Source of the DNA: Mobula hypostoma
Lineage: Eukaryota
Assembly (NCBI RefSeq): GCF_963921235.1
Contig: NC_086107.1
Span: 97,466,001 to 97,530,000 of the forward strand
Direction: 5' to 3'
Length of the DNA stretch: 64,000 nucleotides
Shown: in pieces, positions 1 through 12,060 of the stretch
Layout: each line of letters opens with the position of its first letter
Position numbering within the stretch: position 1 is the first letter of the stretch
Translations under genes and position numbers: made by a program
Notes under the pieces: generated by a model
Databases searched by the model: none
Told to the model about the DNA's origin: nothing
The model's input: only the letters and a program-made list of their open reading frames with translations

Positions 1-430
1 TTGAGTATCTGAGTTGTAGAGAAAGGTTGAATTGGCTACGACTTTCATTCCTAGAGTGTAGGAGAATGAGAGGAGTTTTGACAGATCCATGTAAAATTAT
101 AAGGGTATAGATCGGGTTAATGCAGGCAGGTTGTTCTTCCCCTGAGGTTGGGTGAGACTAGAACTAGAGGTCTTGAGTTAAGGGTGAAAGGTGAAATATT
201 GAATGGAAACCTGAGGGGGAACATCTTCACTCAGGGGGTGTTGCAAGAATGGGATGAGCTGCCGGAGGAAGCGGTGAATGCAGATACAAGTTTGGATGAG
301 TATATGGACAGGAAGACTATGGTGGGCTATGGCCCAGCTGTGGGTCAATGTATCTAGGCAGAATAGCAGTTTGGCCTGGGTTAGATGGGCTGAAGGGTCT
401 ATTTCTGTGCTATACTGCTCTATGACTCTA
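1..430 (+). mobile_element. CR1-type LINE, 3' end fragment
   Basis: Degenerate CR1 ORF2 C-terminus (TRGLELRVKGE...RGNIFTQGV...W.ELP) followed by the 3' UTR and a ctatgactctat tail. Confidence 0.85.
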
Positions 431-444
431 TTGAAATTCTTTTC

Positions 445-740
445 GATGGGAGTGAATGGGAGGAAATTAATCGATTGGAATTTCATTTAGTGGGGGGGGG
501 GGGGAGGGGTGATGAAAGGAAATTGGTCCGATTGGAATTCTACTTGATGGGAGTGAATTGGAGATTGGTCCCATTACAACTGGATCAAGTGAGAGTGAAT
601 GGGAGCTGACTGATCCATTGCGATCCATTCAATGAGATTGAAGAGGAGGGAAACGATCCACTGGAGTTCTATTCACTGGGAGTGCATGGGGGGAACTTGG
701 TGCAGTGGAACTCTCTGTAACTGCAGTGAGTGTGTGGGGA
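445..740. repeat. Old degenerate tandem repeat, unit about 45 bp
   Basis: Recurrent (t)gggagtgaatggg...(g)atccattgg(a) motif, about 6 diverged copies. Confidence 0.5.
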
Positions 741-1426
741 CTTGCCTTGTGACTTGACTCCACCGAGAGGCTGAGCAGGGTACAGTGGGGCACGTTTGGG
801 TAGGAGCACTAGGACCCAGCAGGTGTCTGCATGTAACAGAAGCTCTGGGTGATATGTTGTTAGATACATCACCCTGACAACCTGTTCCCATGCTATTTTT
901 ACAACTCATTTCACTTTATATTTTACAAAAAGTCTAGTGCTAATGCTGTCACTAGAAGTAATTTTCATTGTGTGTGAGAATGTGTGAGTTTGCTGATAAT
1001 TAAAATTTAATTTCCCCGGATAATTACAATAAAACTTTAAAGAGTGAGAACGCAACTTTGCACTCCTCTTCCTCTCCGAGCCCGTGAGCATGGCCTACAG
1101 GTACAGCCAGAGGGACGACCTCCTCTGCTGTTAGGTCACTTTCACCCAAGATATGTGTAAGGCTGATCTGAAAGGAGAGTGCCAATCATACAGCACAGAA
1201 AGGAGCCACTCTGCCCACCACCTTGGGCTAGACCTTCGAGAGACCTGTTCAACCTGCCCCATTGCCCTGCTCCTTCTCCTTCAGCTTCCAACATTCTGAT
1301 TTCCACTTTCCAACAGGGAATAAACCCCAAATTGTGCAGAGGCTTAGTCTCAGAGGATGCCCCTTTCCCAGAGAGTAACAGTCCCAATGGGAGAAGCTCC
1401 CAAACCCGGGCACAGATGCCAATTCA

Positions 1427-1590
1427 CACATAAAGTGCTGGAGGAGCTCAGCAGGCCAGGCAACACCTATGCAAAAGAGTACAGCCGACTGTTCACCCTT
1501 TTCCGTGGATGCTGCCTGGCCTGCAGAGCTCCTACAGCAATTTGTGTGCGTGGCTTGGACTTCCAGCATCTGCAGGTTTTCTCTTGCTTG
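1427..1590. mobile_element. Fold-back pair of Penelope-derived terminal repeats
   Basis: gctggaggagctcagcaggccaggca...acag|ccga|ctgt...tgcctggcctgcagagctcctacagc; the arms match the end of the Penelope element at 15362. Confidence 0.7.
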
Positions 1591-1799
1591 CAAACGGATG
1601 CCAAGCTCCTGCAGCAGGAGCTGGGATTGGACGCCATCCCAGCCCGGAAGCAGAAATCTGCTATCATTAGTCCAAGCCAAGGGGATAGGCTCGATATTTC
1701 CAGTTACTCCCCCCGATTGATCCAGGCATGGTTCAGAGCCTTGAGTTAGGGGGTCCATGGGTACTTGGAGAATAGTTCAAGTAACCCTATAAAACAGAA

Positions 1800-2685
1800 T
1801 AAAAAGGAAGAAGGAAGTGTTGGAAACAGAGACCAAGGTATTTTGCAGATGACACAAAGTTGGTAGAGTTGTGGACAGTGTAAAGGACATAGCAGGATGC
1901 AGATATGGACAGAGAAGTGGCAGATGGAGTTTAATTTGAGCATATATGTATGGTGTAGCACTTTTGGGAGGTCAAAGGTAAGGAGGAGGGTATACAGTTA
2001 ACGGCAGGACCGTTGACAGCATTGATGCACAGAAAGGTCCAGCACTCCCTGAAAGAGGTCATGGAAGCAGACTGGGGGACAAAGGAAGTCCTCGGCAGGC
2101 TTTCCCTCATCACTTAGAGCATTAAGCATAACAGTCAGGAAGCTCTATAAAGCTTTGGTTAGGCTGCACTTGAAGTACTATGTGCTATTCTGGAAGAAAG
2201 TGGAGAGATTCCAGAAGAGGTTCGTTAGGATGCTGCCTGAATTAGAGGGTATCAACTATAATGAGAGGTTGGTTAAACTTTGGCTGTTTTGTCTGGAGCG
2301 GTGGAGGTTGTCAGGCGTGCTGATAAAAGCTTATACATTTGTTAGAGGCGTAACTAGGGAAGAGTCTCACAGAATCTTTTGCCCGGGGTTGAAGTGCCAA
2401 ATACTCGAAGGCTTAAACTTAGAGGGGAAAAGTTAAAGGAGCTGGGCGCAGGGCAAGTTTTTTAATGCGGAGGGTGGTGGGGGCCTTGGACAGGCTGCCA
2501 CAGGTGGTGGTGGAAGCAGATACAACAGAAGCAATTGAGAAGCTGTTAGATAAATGGATGAATGTACCAGGGAATGGAGGGAGATGGATCATGAACAGAC
2601 ATAAGAGATTTGGTTTAACTTAGCATTATGTTCAGCACGGACATTATGGGCTGAAGGGTCTGCGCTGTGCAGTCCTGTGTTCTTA
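1800..2685 (+). mobile_element. Decayed CR1 LINE 3' region
   Basis: ORF 2155..2436 (VRLHLKYYVLFW...ERFQKRFVRMLPEL) resembles the CR1 ORF2 C-terminus. Confidence 0.8.
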
Positions 2686-2849
2686 TCAGGTCTTGGTGAG
2701 ATTCCGTTGGGGCAGGAGTCGTGATCTCGATCTCAGAGGCCAGGGATCACCCAACCTTTTCTATGCCATGGCCCCCATATCATTAACCAAGAGGACCGTG
2801 AGCTCCAGGCTGGGATCATCTGTCAGAGACAGATGTCTGAACGTCCTTC

Positions 2850-4060
2850 CAGAGAGTGAACCCTCGCAAGGCACAAGGCGCTGACGGTGTACCTGGTAGG
2901 GCACTGAAAACCTGTGCCAACCAACTGGCAGGAGTGCTCAAGGACATCTTCAATGTCTCACTGCCGCAGTCTGAGGCTGCAAAGGGGCATCAATCATACT
3001 GGTGCCAGAGAAGAGGAGGGTGAGTTCTGTTAGTGAATATTGCCTGGTAGTACTCACATCTACTGTGAAAGCAGTGTTTCGACGGGTTAGCTATGGTTAT
3101 AATTAACTCCTGCCTGAACGAGGACTTGGACCTGATGCATTAGGTCTACAGCCGACACAATCTCACTGGCTCTCCTCTCTGCTTTGGAGAATCTAGACAA
3201 TCGCAACCACTGTCCGTCGACCCGTGACCCACTGTGCCAACATCTGCAAGTGCCAGAGCACACAGTGGGAGCACCAGCTGCACCGGAACATCGCCCCTCA
3301 GTGTCAGCTCTTCACTGCATAAACCTGGACATTGAGGGAAAGAAGTATAAACACAGGAGATCCTGCAGATGCTGGAAATCGCGAGCAGCACACACGAAAC
3401 GCAGGAGGAACTCAGCTGGTCTGGACGTCGTATTCCAGCAGTTCCCGAGGATGGAGGTCAGGTCGGCAGGCACTGAGGATGAAGATCTGCGATTCCCGAG
3501 GTGAAAGACTGCGGTCAGTGGGCCCCGAGGAAGAGGGCCAGTGCTCCCTGATAGGGGAGAGGGTGCGGGTAGGAAGGGGTTTGTTTTGCTGTTGTTGTGT
3601 CTGTTTTGTTCTATGTTGGCTGTGCGTTGTTCTGCTGAACATTGTAGGCATGCTATAGTGGTGCCAGAGGTGTGGCGATACATGCGGGCTGCTTTCAGTA
3701 CATCTTTGGACCGTGCTGGTCGTTGGCACAAGTGCCGCACGCTTCAGTATATACGTGACTAATAAACCTAATTGAATCTAATCAAAGCATGCCCTAGGCT
3801 ACTAGTTACCAATTACATCTCGCCGTCCAACACCATTGTCCCATGAGCACCAGTAACCAAATTTCAAAACATGGGCCTCTGTACCTCCCTCTGCAACTGG
3901 ATCCTCAAATTTTTTATTGGGAGAGCACAGACAGTGTGGATTGGTAATAACACCTCCTCCTCCTCACTGACAATCAGCACCGGTGCACCTCAGGAATCCG
4001 AAGATTGGCCCACTGCTCTATTCTCTTCGCACTCGTGACTGTGTGGCTAAGCACAGCTCA
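2850..4060 (+). mobile_element. Decayed Rex1/Babar-type LINE RT fragment, interrupted by other repeats
   Basis: ctgaaaacctgtgccaaccaactggcaggagtg...gacatcttcaat and ctctgcaactggatcc...accggtgcacctcagg match the RT region of the Rex1-like copies at 52.5-53.3 kb and 57.5 kb. Confidence 0.65.
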
Positions 4061-4062
4061 AT

Positions 4063-4681
4063 CTGGGGAGGAGAAGATGGCGACGCGACGCGGTGCACGT
4101 GGCTGCTCTGAAATGATATTGTATTTGTAAGTAGGGGCCGTGCACAATCCTGATTTGATGGAGACAGCCGTGAGAAGCACGGAAGAACATCTGGAGAAAC
4201 TTCTGAAATGCCTGCTTCGCTGCCACTGCTACTGTGCGATCGAGAATTTCCAGACGGGAAGGCCCTAAATCCTCGGCTTTGCCTATTGCCTGTTGCTGGG
4301 GCTGGGGTCGAAGCGCTCAACAGAGATGGTGCTCGGTGCTCGGTGTCGGAGGGCTGGTTGGAGGCTCAAAGTTTTTGGACGGATTCAAGAGTCGGCTGTG
4401 GTTGGGTGCTTCCAGGGTGCTGCATCGGCAAGTTTGTGGCACTGGAAGCTCATGGCAGGGAGAGTTTTTCTTCCTTCTACCGTCTGCGTGAGATGATGGG
4501 ACTTTTGAGAGACTTTGAGACTTTTTTTTACTGTGCCCATGGCCTGTTCTTTACCAAATTATGGTATTGCTTTGCACTGTTGTAACTATATGTTATAATT
4601 ATGTGGTTTTGTCAGTTTTTCAGTCTTGGTTCGTCTTGTGCTTCTGTGATATCATACTGGAGGAACATTGTATCATTTCTT
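4063..4681 (+). mobile_element. Non-coding, CpG-rich retro-element (SINE-like or non-autonomous LINE derivative)
   Basis: Begins with aagatggcg (YY1-like motif common at LINE 5' ends), interrupts a Rex1-like fragment, carries no credible ORF. Confidence 0.45.
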
Positions 4682-5696
4682 TAAATCTTTTTATTGAATA
4701 AGTATACAAAAAGGTAAGCCATATAGGCACTAATACACTGTTAGAATATAATAAGATTACAGAAGATATTAATACAAAAATAATACTACAAGCAATGTAA
4801 TTTAAACATAACATACCAAGGTAACGTAATAGTATACTAATTTTTATATATATATCAATAGAGAAAAGGAAAAAAAAACCCACCGTGCAACTAACTAAAA
4901 GCAAAGCAAAGCAATGGGCTAACTTGAAACCAAACAGAGTTAAAAAAACTTAAAATCACGTCCTCAATCCCGACCTCCATTAAAAACAGTAAAAAAAAAA
5001 CAAGAAGGGTATATATTACATTAAATGAAAATATTGAATAAAAGATCTCCAGGTCTGTTCAAATTTAAATGAGGAGTCATAAAGATTGCTTCTAATTTTC
5101 TCCAGATTCAAGCATAATATCGTCTGAGAAAACCAAAAAAAGGTAGTTGGAGCATTAAGCTCTTTCCAATGTTGTAAGATACATCTTTTCACCATTAAAG
5201 TAAGAAATGCAATCATTCTACGGGCTGAAGGGGAAAGATTACTGGAAATTTTAGGTAGTCCAAAGATAGCAGTAATAGGGTGAGGAGAGATATCTATATT
5301 CAATACCTTAGAGATAATATTAAAAATGTCTCTCCAAAAAGTTTCCAGAGTAGGGCAAGACCAAAACATATGAGTTAAAGATGCTATCTGCCCCGGACAT
5401 CTATCACAAAAAGGATTAATATGAGAATAAAAGCGCGCTAATTTATCTTTGGACATATGTGCTCTATGAACAACTTTAAATTGAATTAGGGAATGTTTAG
5501 CACAGATAGAGGAAGTATTGACTAATTGTAAAATCTGCCCCCAGTCATCCACGGAAATGATAAACCCCAATTCCTGTTCCCAATCTACCCTAATCTTATC
5601 AAATGGAGCTTTCCTAAGTTTCATAATAATATTATAAATCATAGCTGATGCACCTTTCTGACATGGATTAAGGTTAATTATAGTATCTAAAATGTA
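4682..5696 (-). mobile_element. 5'-truncated L1-clade LINE (ORF2 C-terminal zinc-binding region plus 3' UTR)
   Basis: ORF 5016..5642: QFKVVHR...CDRC...LTHMFWSC...W; 13-bp TSD tgtatcatttctt at 4669-4681 and 5697-5709. Confidence 0.9.
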
Positions 5697-5899
5697 TGTA
5701 TCATTTCTTAAGTTTAAAGTTCAAATTAAATTTATTATTAAAGTGTATCTATGTCACCATATACTATCTTGAGATTCATTTTCTTGCAGGCATTCACAGT
5801 AAAACAAAGAAATACAAGAGTCGAAAAACTACACACAAAGACTGACAAACAACTCGTACAAAAGAAGACAAAACTCTGCCAAAAATTAAGTTTACTCTA

Positions 5900-6478
5900 A
5901 TTTACTGAATCAGACAAAAATAGTGTGCCAAATCAGAGACAACCAAATGAATTATACCTTTACACACATTCTATACATAGACAACATGAAATTATATGCT
6001 CCTTCATTAGTAAAGCAAAAGCAATTAGTTCAAATAGTAGAACTACTTTCTAAATGTATAAACATGAACTTTGGACTGGATAAGTGCAGAACATTAAACA
6101 TAAAGAAAGGTGCAATCGAGCCAGTAGAGTATAAGACAGAGCAGCAGGGTACAATAAAACTGATGGATAAATATGAAATATAGAAATATCTGGGATATCA
6201 GCAAGCAAAGAAAATAGATCACTGGACAATAAAGGAAAAACTTCTGACTGTGTTTACTGCAAGGCTTAAGAAAACCTGCCAAACAGGGCTCAACAGTAAA
6301 AATATAACAAAGGCAACAAACGCTTTTGCTACATCCAGATCATGTATTGTTTTGGCATAATATCTTGGTCCGAAACTGATCTGGAAACTTTACAAAGAAA
6401 AATAAGAGCTGAAATGACAAATTTTAGAAAACACTAGAACAGACTAAGGTTAACACTGCCAAGAACAGAAGGAGGAAT
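5900..6478 (+). mobile_element. R4/Dong-like non-LTR retrotransposon RT fragment
   Basis: THILYIDNMKLYA (degenerate HLLYMDDLKLYA), MNFGLDKC, then KYLG after a stop. Confidence 0.7.
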
Positions 6479-7490
6479 CAGAATCAGAATCAGGTTTAAA
6501 ATCACTGGCACATGGTTGTGAAATGTGTCGACTGTGGCAGCGGTACAATGCAATACATGATAATAGAGAAAAATGGTGAATTATAGTATAAATAGAGATA
6601 AAAGATAGAAATAAAAAAAAGAGTGTGGTAGTGTTCATGGGTTCAATTTCCATTCAGAAATTGGATGGGAAGAAGCTATTCCTGAATCATTGAGTGCATG
6701 CCTTCAGGCTTCTGGACCTCTTTCCTGATGAGACGAGGGCATGTCTGGGTGGTGGGGGTCCTTAATGATGGATGCCACCTTTTTGAGATATGGCTTCTTG
6801 AAGACGTCCTGGATACTATGGAGGCTAGTGCCCATGATGGAGCTGACTGACTTTACAACTCTCTGCAGCTTGTTTCAATCCTCTGTGATAGTACCCCCTC
6901 CCCTCCATACTAGATAGTGATGCAGCCAGTAAGAATGTTCTCCATGGCACATCTATAGAAATTTGCAAGTGTCTTTTGTGAAATACCAAATCTCCTCAAA
7001 CTCCTAATGAAATATAGCAACCGTCCTGCCTTCTTTGTAGCTGCATCAATATGCTGGGCCCAGGATAGATTCTCAGAGATATCGACACCCAGGAACTTGA
7101 AACTGCTCACTCTCTCCACTTCTGATTCCTCTATGAGGCTTGGTGTGCGTTGCCTCGTCTTACCCTTTCTGAAGTCCACAATCAGCTCTTTGGTCTTACT
7201 GATGCTGAGTGCAGGGTTGTTGCTGTGACACGCTCAGCCAGCTGATCTACCTTGCTCCTGTTTGTCCTCTCGTCACCATCTGAAATTCTGCCAACAGTAG
7301 TTGTGTCATCAGCACATTTATAGATGGCATTTGAGCTGTGACTAGTCTCGCAGTCATGGGTGTAGAGAGAGTAGAGCAGTGGGCTAGGCAGACGTCCCTG
7401 TGGTGCACCTGTGTTGATTGTCAGCGAGGTGGAGATGTTATTTTCAATTTGCGCAGATTTTGCTCTTCTGGTTAGGAAGTCGAGGATCCA
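6476..7490 (-). mobile_element. Rex1/Babar-type LINE, 3' portion
   Basis: ORF 6910..7179 (DFRK...VERVSSFKFLGV.ISENLSW...RLLYFIRSLRRFG); (gattct)n tail at 6476-6492. Confidence 0.85.
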
Positions 7491-7985
7491 TTTGAGAGTA
7501 ATTGTTTAACAGTGTCGTCATAAATGTGAAGATCCCTTTCACTGGTGAGTACTGAAGTAAAGTAGTCATTAAGAACCTCCTCTGTCTCCAGGTATATGTT
7601 TCCTCTTTTATCCCTGATTGGCCCTACCCTCAATCTAGCCATCCTTCTGTTCTTCATAAACATGTAGAACTCCTTGCATTTTTCCTTAATCCTACTCACC
7701 AAGGCCTTCTCACTCTCCTAAGTCCATTCTTAAGCTTCTTTCTTATAACTCTTGGGAACCCTGTTTGATCTTTGCTTCCTAAATCCAATGTAAGCTTCTT
7801 TCTTCCTCTTGACTAGATGTTCCACATCTCTTGTCAACCATGGTTCCTTCACTCCACCGTCCTTTCCCTGCTTCTCTGGGACAAATCCATCCAGATCCCA
7901 TGCAAGTCCTTCCTAAACAGCCTCTACATTATTGTACATTTATTCTCAATTTGAGCTCCCATTCCAGCCTAATAGCATCATAATT
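7490..7985 (-). mobile_element. CR1 LINE ORF2 middle fragment
   Basis: ORF 7472..7702 (RIKEKCKEFY...VGPIRDKRG...EVLNDYFTSV). Confidence 0.7.
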
Positions 7986-7986
7986 C

Positions 7987-8990
7987 TGTGACAAGAACCT
8001 TGACGAGGAAGGTTTGGACCCAATGCTGGAATATCGGAAAGAACAAGACACGGTATTAGATTGGATCTAGAACTGAGCACAAAACAAGCCTTAGACAATA
8101 ACACTAGTAGGGCTTACAATTGAGCACCAAACCTCAGTTCAGGTGTTCCTTAAATCCTCAATTCTTGGCGCCCAAAGCAAGATTACCAATTAGTGGGACT
8201 GTCCTGAACTCTTAAAGGGGCCATGCCAGCTATCCGTACTCTGGAGAGTTAGAGCATCTAAATCTTGGGAGCTGGCATGGTTGGGGGTGTCCTGTAACAG
8301 GACTATCTCCCCTACAGCTGACTCCTGATGGCCCCAGCTGCTGGGAGAGGCAGTGATGGTAGTCATGGATCCAAGGTGACTCTTTTGGGCACCCAGCTCC
8401 TCTCCTCTGGTCTCAATCCTTCCCAGTCCACGAGGTATTGCCGAACACCCTGAACAGTACATGAGTCCGAAAGTCTTCTCATTGTGAAGACCTGTTCCCT
8501 ATCGATAAAGCTGGATGTTGGTGGGGCTAAGGGCTATCGCAGGTAGGATTTATTTAGAGTTGTGGAAGGTAGGATTGGTGTAAAGGAGGCTTTCCCTTCC
8601 TTGAGTCCTAGTGGCTGAATTCCTTAAGCTTAGCTGCAAGTCCTCCAGACTTCTTGGGCATCTCCTTGGTCCTCTGCTGAACCAGAGCTTCCCCCTGTTC
8701 CCAGGCGGTTCCAATTCGATAGTGTCGGAACTCGCACAGTCCCCTTATCCGGACCGGCTTGTCCATCCTTGAGGGCAGGACTAGGTCTCCAGAAGGGGTC
8801 AGGTTACCTCGCACTAAAGGCTGCCCCCTTTCTGGTCGCTGGTCACTGGAAAGTCCAGGTGTCAGAACACCACACTGCAAACAGACCCTCTTACAATGAC
8901 TGGACCAAGCAATGATTCTCCCCTCCATCTGGTCCACTTTAACTCTCCAGACCAGGCAAAGTCTCCACCTTAACACTGGCCAACTCCCAC
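7987..8990 (-). mobile_element. Chromovirus (Sushi-like Gypsy) remnant with chromodomain and 3' LTR
   Basis: LTR TGTGACA...TGTAACA at 7987-8299; polypurine tract aggggaga next to it on the minus strand; minus-strand translation of about 8365-8510 gives FTMRRLSDS...QYLVDWEGLRPEERSWVP (chromodomain); GRIIAWSSHCKRVCL resembles the post-protease segment of Sushi-like Pol. Confidence 0.75.
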
Positions 8991-9729
8991 GATTACCTGT
9001 GACCGCACCTTTGTTGTATCACGTATAACTTATGACCTTGCCCCCGTTATTTTACCTTTAACCTGTGACCTTGACCCTGTTACTTCACCTTTAACCTGTC
9101 ACCCTCACTCTGCTCTGTCACCTCCAATTCCAGGCACATTTAGCCGAGGCCCAGCTCCTTCCACAGCCTAGCGGATTGGGTGGCTGTCCCTCAAGACGCC
9201 CTTGAATCGGTCCTCGTTATCCCGCTGCAGGGCCTGTATCCACACGCGTGAGGGTGTAAATGAGCCACGATTAAGGCATGTGAATGAGCTGCCAACACCC
9301 TCACCTTCACTGGGCATCATTAACACCATGTGACGCTGTGAGAGTGACATAGTCTATGAGATGGTCTTCACTGGCCTCTGCTGGGAGGGGGGGAAATCAC
9401 ACACTATGCATAGATACCAGCATGGGACAGATGGATCGAATGGCCTCCTGTATAACCCTTTAGAAAATGAGGCTTGATTGTAAGTAAGAGACCTGTGTTA
9501 GAGAGAAGAGGTGCCTTCAGGAACTACGAGGACACAAGACACTGTGAGCTGCTTTGTATAGACAATGAGTTGTATCGATTTCCCATCTCTGCCGTTCTTC
9601 GGGACAGGAGCAGATTACTGAGTCTCTCAGACAGCTCCGGCCAGTCAGACGGGGCAAGTGTCTCAGACACTGATTCCACGGGCACTGTCTGACACCTCCG
9701 ATCTTGGTATTGACACTGGTACAGTTTAT

Positions 9730-9990
9730 TGCGGGTGGCAGGGTGGAGATACATCTCTACTAAAGGAGGTGTGAGGTGCTCCTTCCCTCCGCTGGCCTGC
9801 AGGTTGCCCTTGGACAAGGTGTAGCACCTGATTATCTCCCCTGATCAGGATATCGGGAAGCCACCGGAGCAGGAGGTGGATGGCCATATCAGCAGCCGGT
9901 GCACATCACAAGTTCTGGTTATGCGACCACTGACGTCAGGCAGACAATCTCGGAAAAGTATTAACAATGGCTGGGGTCACCCGTCTTGGA
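9730..9990 (+). mobile_element. SINE-like repeat; a second copy lies in reverse at about 30545-30835
   Basis: ggagatacatctctactaaaggaggtgtgaggtgctccttccctccgctggcctgcagg is the near reverse complement of 30775-30832. Confidence 0.65.
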
Positions 9991-10584
9991 ACATAGAAAT
10001 CTACAGTACATTACAGGCCCTTCGGCCCACAAAGTGGTGCCCACCATGTAACCTACCCTAGAAACTTCCCTACTGCATAGCCCTCTGTTTTTCCAAGCTC
10101 CATGTAAGAATCTCTTAAAAGATCCTATCCTATCTGCCTCTACCATCTTCGCTGGCAGTGCATTCTGGAACCCACCACTCTCTGTGTGATCAAAGTAGAC
10201 TGTGAGATCAGAAGTTTGCCTTTATCATAAGGAGATTCATTCATCGTTCTTATAGCAGTGGGATAGAGGCTGTCCTGGAATCTGGTATGTGTTCTCAAGC
10301 GTTTTTCTCTCTACCTGATGGGAAAGGGGAAGACAAGAGAATAATTGAGGTAGGTGGGGTCTTTGATTATGCTATCTGTTATCTCAAGCCAGTGAGAAAT
10401 GATGACCGAGTCAGTGGACAAATGGGTGAAGGACTGGGCAGTGTCCACAACTCCCTACAGCTTCTTCTGGTCTTGGGTAGAGCAGTTGTCATAGCAACTG
10501 TGATACATCTAGATAGGGTGTGTTCTGTCGAAGAGGACACGCTGAAGTTCCTTAGTCTCCTGGAGATGCTTCTATATTTGTACA

Positions 10585-11041
10585 AACCCTCTGCCCATCC
10601 TGACTAAACATGAACCTCGAACTTGGGCCGTGCATGAGGGACAGAAGACAGCCAACACTTTTGCAGGAGGTTTGACTGGACTCTACCCTGAAAGAAACAG
10701 AGCGCCACGCAAGAGACTGAACCTTTAGAACTGTGCAGCTAGTTATGGACTGTTATTGTGAAAGCATGTTTGTTTGGAATTTGGGTTTATGAAAGGGAAA
10801 TTGAATGTCTTGTAATATACAGTTTCATGCTGCATTAATCTAAATGGGAAGGAAGTGTAATGTATGGATCTATTTCTTTAGAGGAATGACCCCCCCCCCC
10901 AGTACTATGTACTGATCTGTTGTTTATGCACATGCACTGTTTTCTCTGGCTCTCCCGCTGTAATGTGAATACATCAGTTAAAGCCATCACCCGCGTGCGT
11001 GCTTTTATTTAATCGATATGTAGTCACACACAGACACAATA
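10585..11041 (+). mobile_element. Gypsy 3' end plus LTR, same family as 25845-30535
   Basis: Polypurine tract gggaaggaag, then tgtaatgtatggatctatttc...gacccccccc...cacagacacaata (LTR about 10856-11041); reverse-complement match to 25845-26230. Confidence 0.8.
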
Positions 11042-11044
11042 GTA

Positions 11045-11225
11045 ACAGGCCCTTCCAACGAACCCACGCTGCCCAACTACACCCATGTGACCAATTACCC
11101 TAGCAACTGGTCCGTCTTTGGAATGTGGAAGGAGCACCCGGAGGAAATCCACACGGTCACAGGAAGAGCGTGCAAACTCCTTACAGACAGCAACGGGATT
11201 GAAGCCGGTCTCTGGCACCATAAGA
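11045..11225 (-). mobile_element. tRNA-derived SINE
   Basis: gtctttggaatgtggaaggagcacccggaggaaatccacacggtcacagg core, shared with copies at about 19570-19845, 38490-38725, 45230-45510 and 51900-52080. Confidence 0.75.
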
Positions 11226-11479
11226 ACATGGCACTAATCTGTTCCACCTTCCTCCAGCTAATGAAAGCATCTGCCCCACCGTCCGACTGCATTGTCCATC
11301 ACGGAGACCTGATGCCGCGAGCTTGTGGCTGGGGTGGCAAATCGCAGCTCAGTCTGCCGAACTTACCCCTCCGTTGTCAGTTTCGTCCTGTAGCGTGAAA
11401 CCTCAGACAGCCCTGAGAGACAGGTGGGGAACTGCTCTCCAAGATTATTGGTTCCTTCACAAGGACAGAGTGTCTCTGA

Positions 11480-12060
11480 GAGTGAGGGAAATATCGTCTT
11501 GTTCTGGATAACATTTACCTCTCAACCAAGGTCACTGCATCACGACGGAGACACAAGAGATTGCAAAGGCTAGAACCTGGAGTAACAGATAATCAGCGGG
11601 CCAAGCAGCTTCTGTGGGGCGGAAGTTATAGTCAGCGCTGCAGGCTTTGCAGGTTCTCAACAGTTCCCTTCCTTCCACAGATGCTGCTCAGCCTGCTGGA
11701 AATTGTTTGCAGTTCACTACATCAGAAAAAAGCCTGATTCTGTCTTATTTATGCTCTGCTAGAGAATCCAGCTTCTCTGCGCCCTATGTGCCCGTGATGC
11801 TGCAGCAAGTTAAGTTTCTCATTGCACCTGTGCGTATACGCGTATTGTCCACGTGCCAATAAACTCAACTTTGAAATCTTGAGTTCTTCCTGGGACTTTC
11901 ACAACCTCAGGATGTCTCGGCTCACAGCCAAGGAAATATTTCCTGAGGCGGGGTCATGGCTGAGATGCAGCAGCTAACCTGCGCACACCAAGTTTCTTGT
12001 TTTCCCTGCTTGGGATCTTGCTTTGTGCAAACCAGCAATAACATTTGCCATTAAAGCAAC
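11480..12060. mobile_element. Ancient Deu-domain SINE remnants (SacSINE/AmnSINE-like)
   Basis: aacatttacctctcaacc, tgggatcttgctttgtgcaa and ttcacaacctcaggatgtc resemble Deu-domain/tail motifs as I recall them; highly diverged. Confidence 0.4.

Noticed and set aside
1249..1758. 169-aa and 130-aa ORFs as host exons
   Set aside because: They run through the Penelope fold-back repeat; no recognisable domain or convincing splice pair
9168..9817. Short ORFs in unique sequence as exons
   Set aside because: No recognisable protein similarity; part overlaps a SINE-like repeat; cannot be excluded without RNA-seq
9730..9850. HDV-like ribozyme at the head of the SINE-like repeat
   Set aside because: Could not assign P1 and P3 pairings; only a vague cctcc similarity
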